DNA from: Myxococcota bacterium | GTDB lineage: Bacteria; Myxococcota; UBA4151 | Direction: 5' to 3' | DNA length: 17,687 nt | Assembly (NCBI GenBank): GCA_036338695.1 | Contig: JAYZBQ010000046.1 | Location: forward strand, 1-17,687 | Shown: piece by piece, positions 1 to 7,163 of the stretch | Numbering within the stretch: position 1 is the first letter of the stretch | Layout of the letters: each line of letters begins with the position of its first letter | The notes under the pieces: generated by a model | Databases searched by the model: none | The model's input: only the letters and a program-made list of their open reading frames with translations | What the model was told of the DNA's origin: nothing | Made by a program: the position numbers and the translations under genes

Positions 1-345
1 AGCGAAGTCGACGAGCTCGCCCAGATTTTAGGTCCGCAAAACGGAACGCTGAGACAGTTGCAAAGCAGAATCAACCGCCGACGTGCTCAGATCGAGCGCG
101 AGGAAGCTCGGCGCGCAGCAAAAGAAGCGCGCTGCGATCGACTGTGCGATCCGTTTTACAAAGGCAAGTTACCTCGAAAACTCGACCGACCAACTCAGCG
201 TGTATACTCGCGTTGCATTGACGAAATCGCGCGGAGGCGAAGAATGGACCCAACGATGGTGATCATCTATTCTAATCGTATACCCGAGACGAAAGAATGC
301 ACGCGCAAGTCAACCTCGGAATGTCGAGCGATCTGCATGAATTAG
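1..345 (+). CDS. Hypothetical protein, C-terminal part (5' end outside the window); charged helix followed by a Cys-containing region
   Basis: Frame 1 is open from base 1 (SEVDELAQILGPQNGTLRQLQSRINRRRAQIEREEARRAAKEARCDRLC...CRAICMN) to TAG at 343-345. Six Cys in the last ~70 aa. Hand-counted GC of 1-360 is about 53%, lower than the rest of the window. No family recognised. Confidence 0.55.
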   Translation, partial: SEVDELAQILGPQNGTLRQLQSRINRRRAQIEREEARRAAKEARCDRLCDPFYKGKLPRKLDRPTQRVYSRCIDEIARRRRMDPTMVIIYSNRIPETKECTRKSTSECRAICMN

Positions 346-415
346 GTAATTGCCAACCCCCCGAACCCCTCTACGCATTCGGCTTCCCGGAGCGCTCTTC
401 CGCCACAGTTGTCCG

Positions 416-457
416 AAAACGACAACAGGCACCTGGCTCGTGAGAGCTAAGTGCCTG
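416..457 (-). terminator. Probable intrinsic terminator downstream of tRNA-fMet
   Basis: Minus-strand hairpin CAGGCACTTAGCTC-TCAC-GAGCCAGGTGCCTG (457-426; one mismatch, one G-U) followed by TTGTCGTTTT, starting 8 nt after the tRNA CCA end. Confidence 0.6.
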
Positions 458-465
458 GAATCGCT

Positions 466-542
466 TGGTAGCGGGGACAGGACTCGAACCTGTGACCTTC
501 GGGTTATGAGCCCGACGAGCTAACCATCTGCTCCACCCCGCA
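466..542 (-). tRNA. tRNA-fMet (initiator, anticodon CAT)
   Basis: Reverse complement TGCGGGGTGGAGCAGATGGTTAGCTCGTCGGGCTCATAACCCGAAGGTCACAGGTTCGAGTCCTGTCCCCGCTACCA folds as a cloverleaf. Initiator hallmarks: unpaired 1:72, A11-U24, three consecutive G-C pairs in the anticodon stem. CCA is encoded. Confidence 0.97.
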
Positions 543-558
543 TCATGGTTGCGGAGCG

Positions 559-587
559 CTTCTAGAGGGCTGTGGAGGGTGGGTCAA
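559..587 (-). promoter_or_regulatory. Putative sigma70-type promoter of tRNA-fMet
   Basis: TTGACC (587-582), 17-bp spacer, TAGAAG (564-559), then a GC-rich discriminator-like CGCTCCGC; 16 nt upstream of the tRNA. Confidence 0.6.
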
Positions 588-660
588 CAGCAAAGTGACG
601 CGCCTTGCGCTCAAAAGCCTTGGGTGGCAGTTTTCGGCCGCTCCACCCCGTGAGAAACCC

Positions 661-3180
661 ATGCGCTATGCCAGCCTCCTTTGCCTGTCTCTCCTCGTCG
701 CCTGCGGGGACACCCAAGTGCCCTCGAGCCCGCTCGATGGCGGCTCCGCGCTCGATGCCGGCTCGCCCGCCGCCGACGCCACAGTCGCTGCGGACGCCAG
801 CGCCACACCGGACGCCGACGTGCTCACCGACGCAGGCGCTGAAGACGCCGGTACCGCCGACGCGGGCGTGACCTGCCCAGACGGGACCGAGCGGCAAGGC
901 GAAGCCTGCGTGGATATCGACGAATGCCAGACCGACAACGGCGGCTGCGGCGACCCTGAGCGCTGGCGCTGCGAGAACCAGCAGGCGCAAGCGCCGCGCT
1001 GCATCTTTGACTGCCGAGTTGACCAGCGCCCGCTGCTCCGGGGCGTCGAGGGCTTCGTGATGGGCGAGCGCGTCTGGCCTTCGGCGCTGATCACGTATGG
1101 CGCCACGGCGTGCCCCCTGATCACCAACCAGCGAGGGCAGATCGTGGTGGCGTCGGCGCGCCTTGGGCGCGGGCGTATCCTGCAAACGGGGCATGAGCAC
1201 CCGATGAATCGCGACCTGCGCGCCGACAACCACGACGCCGCTCAGCTGATCCGCAACGCCGTTGCGTGGATGACGCGCGGGCAAGAGACCTTGCGCATCG
1301 GGCGCCATCCCAGCCTGTTCGGCGGACCCGCGAACCTGATGACCGAGGACGGGCACAGCGTCAGCGCCTTTCGCCCCAGCGCCGAGGCCCTCGCCGAGGT
1401 CAGCGTCTACTTCGCCAACGCCCGCACCGAGTACAGCGATGAAGAGGTCACAGCGCTCAACCAATGGATCCGCCGCGGCGGTGGCTTAATCCAGTCGGGT
1501 TTTGCCTGGAATTGGAACGGCAACAACTTCCAGGCGGCGCGCAACTTTGGCGGCAACCGCAACATCTTGGGCTCAGGCATCACCATCACCAAAGCCAACC
1601 AGCCCGCAGGCGCTGCGGTGGTCCCCGAGACCACGCTCGGTGAGGTCGATCATGCCCTTTATGCCGTGTACGCCGTGGCGCGCCATCTCACTGGCGAGGA
1701 GGTCCTGAGTGCCGAGGACCAAGCGACCGCCGTCGCCACCATCACCTTCGCCATCAGCCACCTCAACTTATGGATCATCGACTACTACGAGCCCATTCGA
1801 GCGCTCATGCCCTCGCTGCCGGAGGTGATCCCCACAGCGGAGAATCCGGTGCGCCCAGCGGATGAGCCGCTCAAGATGCTCACCATGCGCTTGGTCGATA
1901 AGCTGCTCGCTGGCGACCCTTACGATCAGATCGAGGCGCACCCAGCCGCTGCCGATTTCCCCGGCACCGTGCCCGAAGGCACGCCACTGACGGAGGTGCG
2001 TGTGGCGCTCGATGCGCGCTACGAGGGGCGCTCGGCGGAGTATAATTTTAGTGGCGCAGGGCAGCCGATCCGCCTGGCGACCGGCGCCTACGCCCTGCCA
2101 GGACAGACCTTTACCGTGACCGTACCCGAGCGCGCCGTCGGCGAGGGCTTGAGCGTCCAGATCGGGACCCACAGCGACCGGCTGTGGAACAAGGAGTCGA
2201 TCGAGCGCTTCCCGCAGATCATCCGCCGCTACCCGGTCAACGCCGAGGAGGTGCGAGCGACCAGCGCCTTCGGTGGTCCGGTCTACCTGCTGGTGCCCGC
2301 CGGGACCGAGGTCGGGCGCATCGAGGTGCGCGTGGCGCAGGTGGTCCAGGCGCCGTACTACCGCCACGGCGAGACGACCGCGCAAGAATGGCGCGAGCAG
2401 CTGCGCGAACACCCGGCTCCCTGGGCCGAGATCGAGGGCGACCGCGTCGCCTTCTCTGTGCTCACCGAGGAGGCGCGCTCGCTCGAGGACCCTGCGGCGC
2501 TGATGACCTTCTGGGACGAGGTGCTCGACGCCATGGCGGACTTAGAGGGCTCCTCGCATGAGCGGGTGCGCAAGGAGCGCTTTACGCTCGATCGCCAGAT
2601 CAGTGTGGGCGCGCTGCACTCGGGCTACCCGATCATGGGGCATCTGCGTCACCACCAAGGGCTGCTCGACCTGGAGCACATCCGAACCAACGGCTCGTGG
2701 GGTCCCTTCCACGAGCTTGGGCACAACCACCAATGGCGCGACTGGTTCTTACCAGGAACCACCGAGGCGACCTGCAACCTGTGGAGCGTGTACATCCACG
2801 AGAACCTGCTCAACCTGCCCACTCGGCGAGAGGGTCGGCTGGGTCCGCAGATGCGCCGTCAGCGACGCCAGCGCTACCTGGACGCCGGTGCGAACTTCTC
2901 CGAGTCCTGGAACGTCTGGGTGGCGCTCGACACCTACCTTCAGCTGCAAGAGGGCTTCGGCTGGGAGCTGTTCTCGGACCTGTTCCCCGACTACCGCCGA
3001 GAGAGCGAGGCCGGTGCTGGCAGCGCCCAAGATCGGATCGATGAGTGGATCACGCGCACCAGCCGCTACACCGAGCGGAACCTGGTTCCGTTCTACGAAG
3101 CCTGGGGCTTCCCGGTCACGCGCGCCGTGCGCAACGCACTGCGCGACCTGCCCGACTGGGACGAGAACCCGATGCGCTAA
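661..3180 (+). CDS. M60-family (enhancin-like / TCAF-like) zinc metallopeptidase lipoprotein with an EGF-like module
   Basis: ATG at 661 gives a signal peptide with lipobox LVAC, a D/A/G-rich linker, an EGF-like CVDIDECQTDNGGC...C...C segment, an M60 N-terminal region (ATGAYALPG...VQIGTHSDRLW), APWAEIEGD, and the gluzincin motif WGPFHELGHNHQ...TTEATCNLW. Confidence 0.9.
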   Translation: MRYASLLCLSLLVACGDTQVPSSPLDGGSALDAGSPAADATVAADASATPDADVLTDAGAEDAGTADAGVTCPDGTERQGEACVDIDECQTDNGGCGDPERWRCENQQAQAPRCIFDCRVDQRPLLRGVEGFVMGERVWPSALITYGATACPLITNQRGQIVVASARLGRGRILQTGHEHPMNRDLRADNHDAAQLIRNAVAWMTRGQETLRIGRHPSLFGGPANLMTEDGHSVSAFRPSAEALAEVSVYFANARTEYSDEEVTALNQWIRRGGGLIQSGFAWNWNGNNFQAARNFGGNRNILGSGITITKANQPAGAAVVPETTLGEVDHALYAVYAVARHLTGEEVLSAEDQATAVATITFAISHLNLWIIDYYEPIRALMPSLPEVIPTAENPVRPADEPLKMLTMRLVDKLLAGDPYDQIEAHPAAADFPGTVPEGTPLTEVRVALDARYEGRSAEYNFSGAGQPIRLATGAYALPGQTFTVTVPERAVGEGLSVQIGTHSDRLWNKESIERFPQIIRRYPVNAEEVRATSAFGGPVYLLVPAGTEVGRIEVRVAQVVQAPYYRHGETTAQEWREQLREHPAPWAEIEGDRVAFSVLTEEARSLEDPAALMTFWDEVLDAMADLEGSSHERVRKERFTLDRQISVGALHSGYPIMGHLRHHQGLLDLEHIRTNGSWGPFHELGHNHQWRDWFLPGTTEATCNLWSVYIHENLLNLPTRREGRLGPQMRRQRRQRYLDAGANFSESWNVWVALDTYLQLQEGFGWELFSDLFPDYRRESEAGAGSAQDRIDEWITRTSRYTERNLVPFYEAWGFPVTRAVRNALRDLPDWDENPMR

Positions 3181-3557
3181 CCCTCGGGCGGGACCGAGTC
3201 CTCTCCGACAACCTCGACCTGAGGCTCGAGCTCGCCGTGCTCGTTTCGGGTGAATTTCACCTTGAGCTCGACCTCCATGTCCATGCGCTCGAGCACGTCG
3301 GAGAAGATGCCGACGAGGTCGAGGTGCTCGAGGAAGTTTTTGACCTCGTTGCCGGCCAGCCGCATGACCTCGTTCTTGGTGTCTTTGGTCCCCTGCATCA
3401 AGCGATTGGCTGCCTCGGCGGGGAGCTCCTTGACGACCTCACGGACAACGCTCTCCGAGACCAGAAGCGCACCTAAGCCGGTGCGCAGGAGCTTTCGACC
3501 GAGGCTGCGCTCGTCCTCTGCCGCCGCCGGTTGTTCGTGGTCGGTGTGGTCATCCAT
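3177..3557 (-). CDS. Hypothetical acidic helical protein (possible weak phasin-like N-terminus)
   Basis: AGGAGG Shine-Dalgarno upstream of ATG 3557, natural protein composition, 126 aa, stop overlapping the peptidase stop. Function not recognised. Confidence 0.7.
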   Translation of the reverse strand: MDDHTDHEQPAAAEDERSLGRKLLRTGLGALLVSESVVREVVKELPAEAANRLMQGTKDTKNEVMRLAGNEVKNFLEHLDLVGIFSDVLERMDMEVELKVKFTRNEHGELEPQVEVVGEDSVPPEG

Positions 3558-3698
3558 GGTGGCCTCCTGCGCTCATGATGCAATAGAATCGGCGCGTGCG
3601 CAGACTTTCGACCTCAACTTCTTGCCCCAACGGGCCGAGGGAGGGTGGAGAAGCGTTAGGACTTTTCCTAAGCTTCAAACCGGCCTAGGAACCCGTCT

Positions 3699-4358
3699 AT
3701 GCTCAGCATCGCTCTCGCCATCACCGTCCCCTTGCTCGCTGATGTCCCCGCCATCACGGCGCCCCCGATCTCCAGCGCAACGCCCAACGTGCTCGGCGCC
3801 CGCTCGTACAAGCAGTTTGGGCGGCGCAACCGCCCCCGATTTTGGACGGCCCCGAACGGTCGCCGGCCCAAAGGCGCACGCGGCAGGCAGATCATGTACC
3901 GGATTCAGGTGGAGAAGGCCACGGGCTACCCGGTCAAGGAATTCGCCAAAGAGGTGCGTACCATTTTGGACGACAAGCGAGGCTGGCAGGGCACCGGGAA
4001 GGTCTACTTCCAGCAGCGCAGACGCGCCCAGCTGCGCATCATCCTTGCGACCCCGCTGACCGTCGACCGCCTCTGCGCGCCGCTGGACACGAACGGCTAC
4101 GTGAGCTGCTACCGAAAGAACAAGGTCGTGCTCAACGTGATGCGCTGGCGCGAGGGCGCCGCCGCCTGGAAGGGCAAGCTGCTCGATTACCGCCGCTACC
4201 TGATCAACCACGAGGTCGGTCACGCCCTCGGTCGGCGCCACGAGTACTGCAACCGCGCCGGTGGGCCGGTGCCGGTGATGCACCCGCAGACCTACGGCTT
4301 CATGAACTGCAAGCCCAACTATTGGCCGCTGAGGAGTGAGAAGGCGGGCTTGCGCTAG
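3699..4358 (+). CDS. DUF3152 domain-containing secreted protein, putative metzincin-type zinc metallopeptidase
   Basis: N-terminal hydrophobic signal; DUF3152-like motifs (YRIQVE, ILDDKRGW, IILATPLTVDRLCAPLDT, VVLNVMRW, YRRYLINHEVGHALG); HExxHxxGxxH plus a Met-turn-like PVMHPQT. Confidence 0.85.
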   Translation: MLSIALAITVPLLADVPAITAPPISSATPNVLGARSYKQFGRRNRPRFWTAPNGRRPKGARGRQIMYRIQVEKATGYPVKEFAKEVRTILDDKRGWQGTGKVYFQQRRRAQLRIILATPLTVDRLCAPLDTNGYVSCYRKNKVVLNVMRWREGAAAWKGKLLDYRRYLINHEVGHALGRRHEYCNRAGGPVPVMHPQTYGFMNCKPNYWPLRSEKAGLR

Positions 4359-4783
4359 CGCGAACGGCTCATCAACACGGCGTCCTCGCCGTCGCGGTAG
4401 TACCGACGTCGAACCCCGGTGCGCCGATACCCGAGGCGGTCGTACAGCCGCAGCGCCGGCTCGTTCCCAGCCCGCACCTCAAGCCACACCGGCTGCTCGC
4501 CGGCTCGCTCGTGCAGGGCGCCGAGCAGCGCCGACGCCACCCCGAGCCGTCGCCCCGCCGCAGGGACCAAGACGTTGAGCAGCTCCAAGCCGTCCGGTAG
4601 CGTTCGCCAGACCGCGTAGCCCACGAGCTCGCCCTCGCGTTCCGCCACCCAGATGGTGCTGTTCGGGTGAACATATTCTTCGGTGAGCTGCCGCAGCCCC
4701 CAAGAGGCACCGTCGGGGTTTGCCCCCTCCCAAGCGGCGAGCACCTGGAGCTCGGGCTCCTGCGCGCAGCGCAGCTGCAACAC
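4355..4783 (-). CDS. rimI: GNAT N-acetyltransferase, ribosomal protein S18-alanine acetyltransferase RimI family
   Basis: ELVGYAV, ELLNVLV...RRLGVASALL (acetyl-CoA motif), WLEVRAGNEPALRLYDRLGY...GVRRRYYRDGEDAVLM is the typical RimI C-terminal signature. Confidence 0.8.
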   Translation of the reverse strand: MLQLRCAQEPELQVLAAWEGANPDGASWGLRQLTEEYVHPNSTIWVAEREGELVGYAVWRTLPDGLELLNVLVPAAGRRLGVASALLGALHERAGEQPVWLEVRAGNEPALRLYDRLGYRRTGVRRRYYRDGEDAVLMSRSR

Positions 4784-4784
4784 C

Positions 4785-6911
4785 CTAGAACGCCACCTCG
4801 ACGTCCAGACGCAGGGTAACCCCTTTCGCCCACGCCGCGCTCTGGTGGGTCCGGTATTTGCGGTCCAAGAGGTTGTCCAGGCGCAACCCGACCCGCCAGT
4901 CTTTCCGGCGCTGATAGACGGCGCGCACGCCAGCGGTCCACCAGCCCGGCGTCCCGTCGCAGTCGACGCTCGCTTGCCCGGCGCTCAGCCACGGCTGATC
5001 GACCGCCGGACAGACCCGAAGGTCCAGCGCATCGAGTTGAGCGAGCTCGTCGGCAGGCACCGAGAGCGCCCAGTTGACGCTCACCTCACCCCACCATTTT
5101 TTGCTCCACTGCTGCGCCAGGCGATGCCGCCCCTGCAGCGGCGAGGCCCGCCGGCTCGGCGTGATCGAGGCGCCGTCTTGCACCTCGCCCATGACCAGGC
5201 CGAGCGAGTGGCTGTGCGCCACCGTGGTCGTCAGCTGATGCTCTAAGCTTAAATCACCACCCAAGAAGCGCCCTTGGTCGACGTTGACGAGCTCCATCGC
5301 GGGCTTGGCGGAGTTCGTGCTCGGCGTGGCGCTCTGCTCCTCGATGAGGTCATCGACCCACAGCGCAAACGCAGAGACTTGATAAGTATACTGACCGGTG
5401 CGCCGCTTGGAGCCCAGCTCGATCATGCGCGACGACTGCAGCCCGAGGTCACCCGTCGCTTGCTGGTAAAACGAGCCGATATCGCCTGTGTAGAAGAGCT
5501 CGAACAGGTTGGGTGCGCGGCTGCTCGCGCTGAGGCTGAGCCAGGACGCCGAGCGCCCTCGCTGGCGCCAGTTGAGCGCAAGGTCGGCCGCCGGGGCGAG
5601 CCACTGCCGGTTGCGGTCAGCGGTCGCGTCGAGCACCGCAAAGGCGCCCAAGCGGAGCCCGCCGCTCAGGCTCAACTCGCGCCCGAAGCTCTGTCCTAAG
5701 ATGCGCTGAGCTTGAACAAAGGTGCCCGCCGTCAGGTATCCAAGCCCCGCCCCGTAAGGCGGCACCTCAAACCCGGAGCCCAGCGCCAAGCGCTGCTCGG
5801 AGTCCACCGACTCATGCGCCACCTCGGCGCCCGTCCGCAGACGCCAGCCCGCCAGACGCCGGGTGCGGGCGCGGAAACCCGCCTGATGCATGACCACGGT
5901 CTCCTCTTCGAGAGCGCGCTGGGCTAAACCGGTCTCGTCAAAGCCCTCGTCTCCGGGGCTAAGGTCAAAACGGTCGAGACAGCTTTGCGCGTCCAGCACC
6001 CTGCCGTCCGCGTCTTTCTCACAGCGATCGACCCGGATCGAGCGCAGCGCCATCCGGCTGCCAGCGAAGAACTCGCTGCGCCGCCACAAGCCTGTGTGCC
6101 GCCCGCGTAGGCGTAGCCAACCAAAGTGATCGTTGGGCGAATCTCGGCGCAGCTCGCCGCGCTCGAGCTGGTCCACCTCGCCGCCGCCGTTGACCCGCAT
6201 CCCGAGGTAGCCTGCGCTCATGCGCCAGCGCTCCGTGGCGTAGCTCATCTTGGCGAGCCAGTCCCACTGTCCGTGATCCGCCTTGGGGATCTCGCTGGGG
6301 ATCCCATCGTAGATCCCACCATGACGCCGCCCGCGGAACTTGTCGCGCTGCGCGGCGACCGCCATGCCGAAGCGTCCGATCTGCTTCTTGAGCAACGAGG
6401 TGAAGTTGTAGCGGGTGTTCCCGGGGTACGCGAAGAACTCTCGCCAGTACCACCAGCGCTTGTCCGGGCGAAACAGGTCGCGCGTGCGCAGCGACAGCAC
6501 GCCGCCGAGCGCGCCGCTGCCATACCCCACGCCGCCGCCCCCGCGGATCAGCTCGAGCCCCTCAAACGAGTACAGACCCAAGCTGTTGACCTGCCGGTCG
6601 GCCTCGCGCCGAAAGACGCTGGTGTTGTAGCGTAACCCATCGATCACGATTAGGTTATCGGCGCCCATCAAGCCGCGGATCACGGGGCTGATCGATCCTG
6701 GTGCGACCTCTCGAAGGCTCACCCCCGGAAGGGTCGCAAACCACTCTGAGAGGTCGAGGTGCCCGGCGTCATCAATCGCCTTTCGATCGACCGTCTCGAC
6801 ACTTTGCGGTGCCTCGGCTGCGCGCGCCTCGTGACGCTGGCCAGTAAGCGTCAGGCCACCGCTCCCGACGGGCTGTGCTGCCAACCAGATGGCGCCGATC
6901 CAGACCCACAT
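4785..6911 (-). CDS. TonB-dependent outer-membrane receptor
   Basis: Plug motifs (LPGVSL...SPVIRGLMGADNLIVIDGLRYN; LELIRGGGGVGYGSGALGGVLSL), RAPNLFELF, C-terminal LDNLLDRKYRTH and terminal Phe. ATG 6911 is preferred over GTG 6917 because GAGGAG lies at 6922-6917. Confidence 0.9.
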   Translation of the reverse strand: MWVWIGAIWLAAQPVGSGGLTLTGQRHEARAAEAPQSVETVDRKAIDDAGHLDLSEWFATLPGVSLREVAPGSISPVIRGLMGADNLIVIDGLRYNTSVFRREADRQVNSLGLYSFEGLELIRGGGGVGYGSGALGGVLSLRTRDLFRPDKRWWYWREFFAYPGNTRYNFTSLLKKQIGRFGMAVAAQRDKFRGRRHGGIYDGIPSEIPKADHGQWDWLAKMSYATERWRMSAGYLGMRVNGGGEVDQLERGELRRDSPNDHFGWLRLRGRHTGLWRRSEFFAGSRMALRSIRVDRCEKDADGRVLDAQSCLDRFDLSPGDEGFDETGLAQRALEEETVVMHQAGFRARTRRLAGWRLRTGAEVAHESVDSEQRLALGSGFEVPPYGAGLGYLTAGTFVQAQRILGQSFGRELSLSGGLRLGAFAVLDATADRNRQWLAPAADLALNWRQRGRSASWLSLSASSRAPNLFELFYTGDIGSFYQQATGDLGLQSSRMIELGSKRRTGQYTYQVSAFALWVDDLIEEQSATPSTNSAKPAMELVNVDQGRFLGGDLSLEHQLTTTVAHSHSLGLVMGEVQDGASITPSRRASPLQGRHRLAQQWSKKWWGEVSVNWALSVPADELAQLDALDLRVCPAVDQPWLSAGQASVDCDGTPGWWTAGVRAVYQRRKDWRVGLRLDNLLDRKYRTHQSAAWAKGVTLRLDVEVAF

Positions 6912-7003
6912 AGGCACTCCTCAAGGCGAAGCTGTTCAGAACCTTGGCAGCAGGCACTGTCAACGAAGATCGCTCCCGCTGTGTCCCAGCTTTGTAAAAG
7001 ACG

Positions 7004-7020
7004 AGCAAACCCCATGCCAA
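7004..7020 (-). promoter_or_regulatory. Putative sigma54 (RpoN) -24/-12 promoter for the TonB-dependent receptor
   Basis: Minus strand TTGGCATGGGGTTTGCT matches TGGCA-N-TTGCW with exact GG-N10-GC spacing, about 90 nt upstream of the receptor start codon. Confidence 0.65.
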
Positions 7021-7023
7021 TGC

Positions 7024-7052
7024 TTGCAACCCCTATCGGTCGCGTGTACTCC
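7024..7052 (+). promoter_or_regulatory. Putative sigma70-type promoter of tRNA-Ile2 and the zinc-ribbon gene
   Basis: TTGCAA (7024-7029), 17-bp spacer, TACTCC (7047-7052), GC-rich GCCGC after it; 15 nt upstream of the tRNA. Confidence 0.5.
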
Positions 7053-7067
7053 GCCGCAGGCCGATAA

Positions 7068-7142
7068 GGGCCTGTAGCTCAATGGTAGAGCGCTCGGCTC
7101 ATAACCGATGTCATCCGGGTTCGAATCCTGGCGGGCCTACCA
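7068..7142 (+). tRNA. tRNA-Ile2 (anticodon CAT, lysidine-modified type)
   Basis: Cloverleaf GGGCCTG TA GCTC AATGGTA GAGC G CTCGG CT CAT AA CCGAT GTCAT CCGGG TTCGAAT CCTGG CGGGCCT ACCA; anticodon at 7100-7102. GGGCC acceptor stem with C4-G69 and C5-G68 (TilS determinants in E. coli) favours Ile2 over elongator Met. The tRNA itself is certain; the isotype is likely. Confidence 0.9.
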
Positions 7143-7163
7143 AACCGAAGGGACGGTGCAGCA

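Noticed and set aside
562..1464. 300-aa minus-strand ORF, plus other long shadow ORFs (1768-2412, 3250-4059, 11004-11990, 12604-13422, 14990-16402)
   Set aside because: They overlap well-supported genes, mostly antisense, and lack motifs; long stop-free shadow frames are expected at this GC content.
6912..7003. Cobalamin or other riboswitch, or Fur box, upstream of the TonB-dependent receptor
   Set aside because: The leader is only about 90 nt and shows no B12-box or Fur-like AT-rich palindrome. A TTGACA at 6963-6958 has no plausible -10 at 17 bp.
7068..7142. Calling the second CAT tRNA an initiator or elongator tRNA-Met
   Set aside because: It lacks initiator hallmarks, and its acceptor stem (GGGCC, C4-G69, C5-G68) fits Ile2 better; an isotype-model run would settle it.
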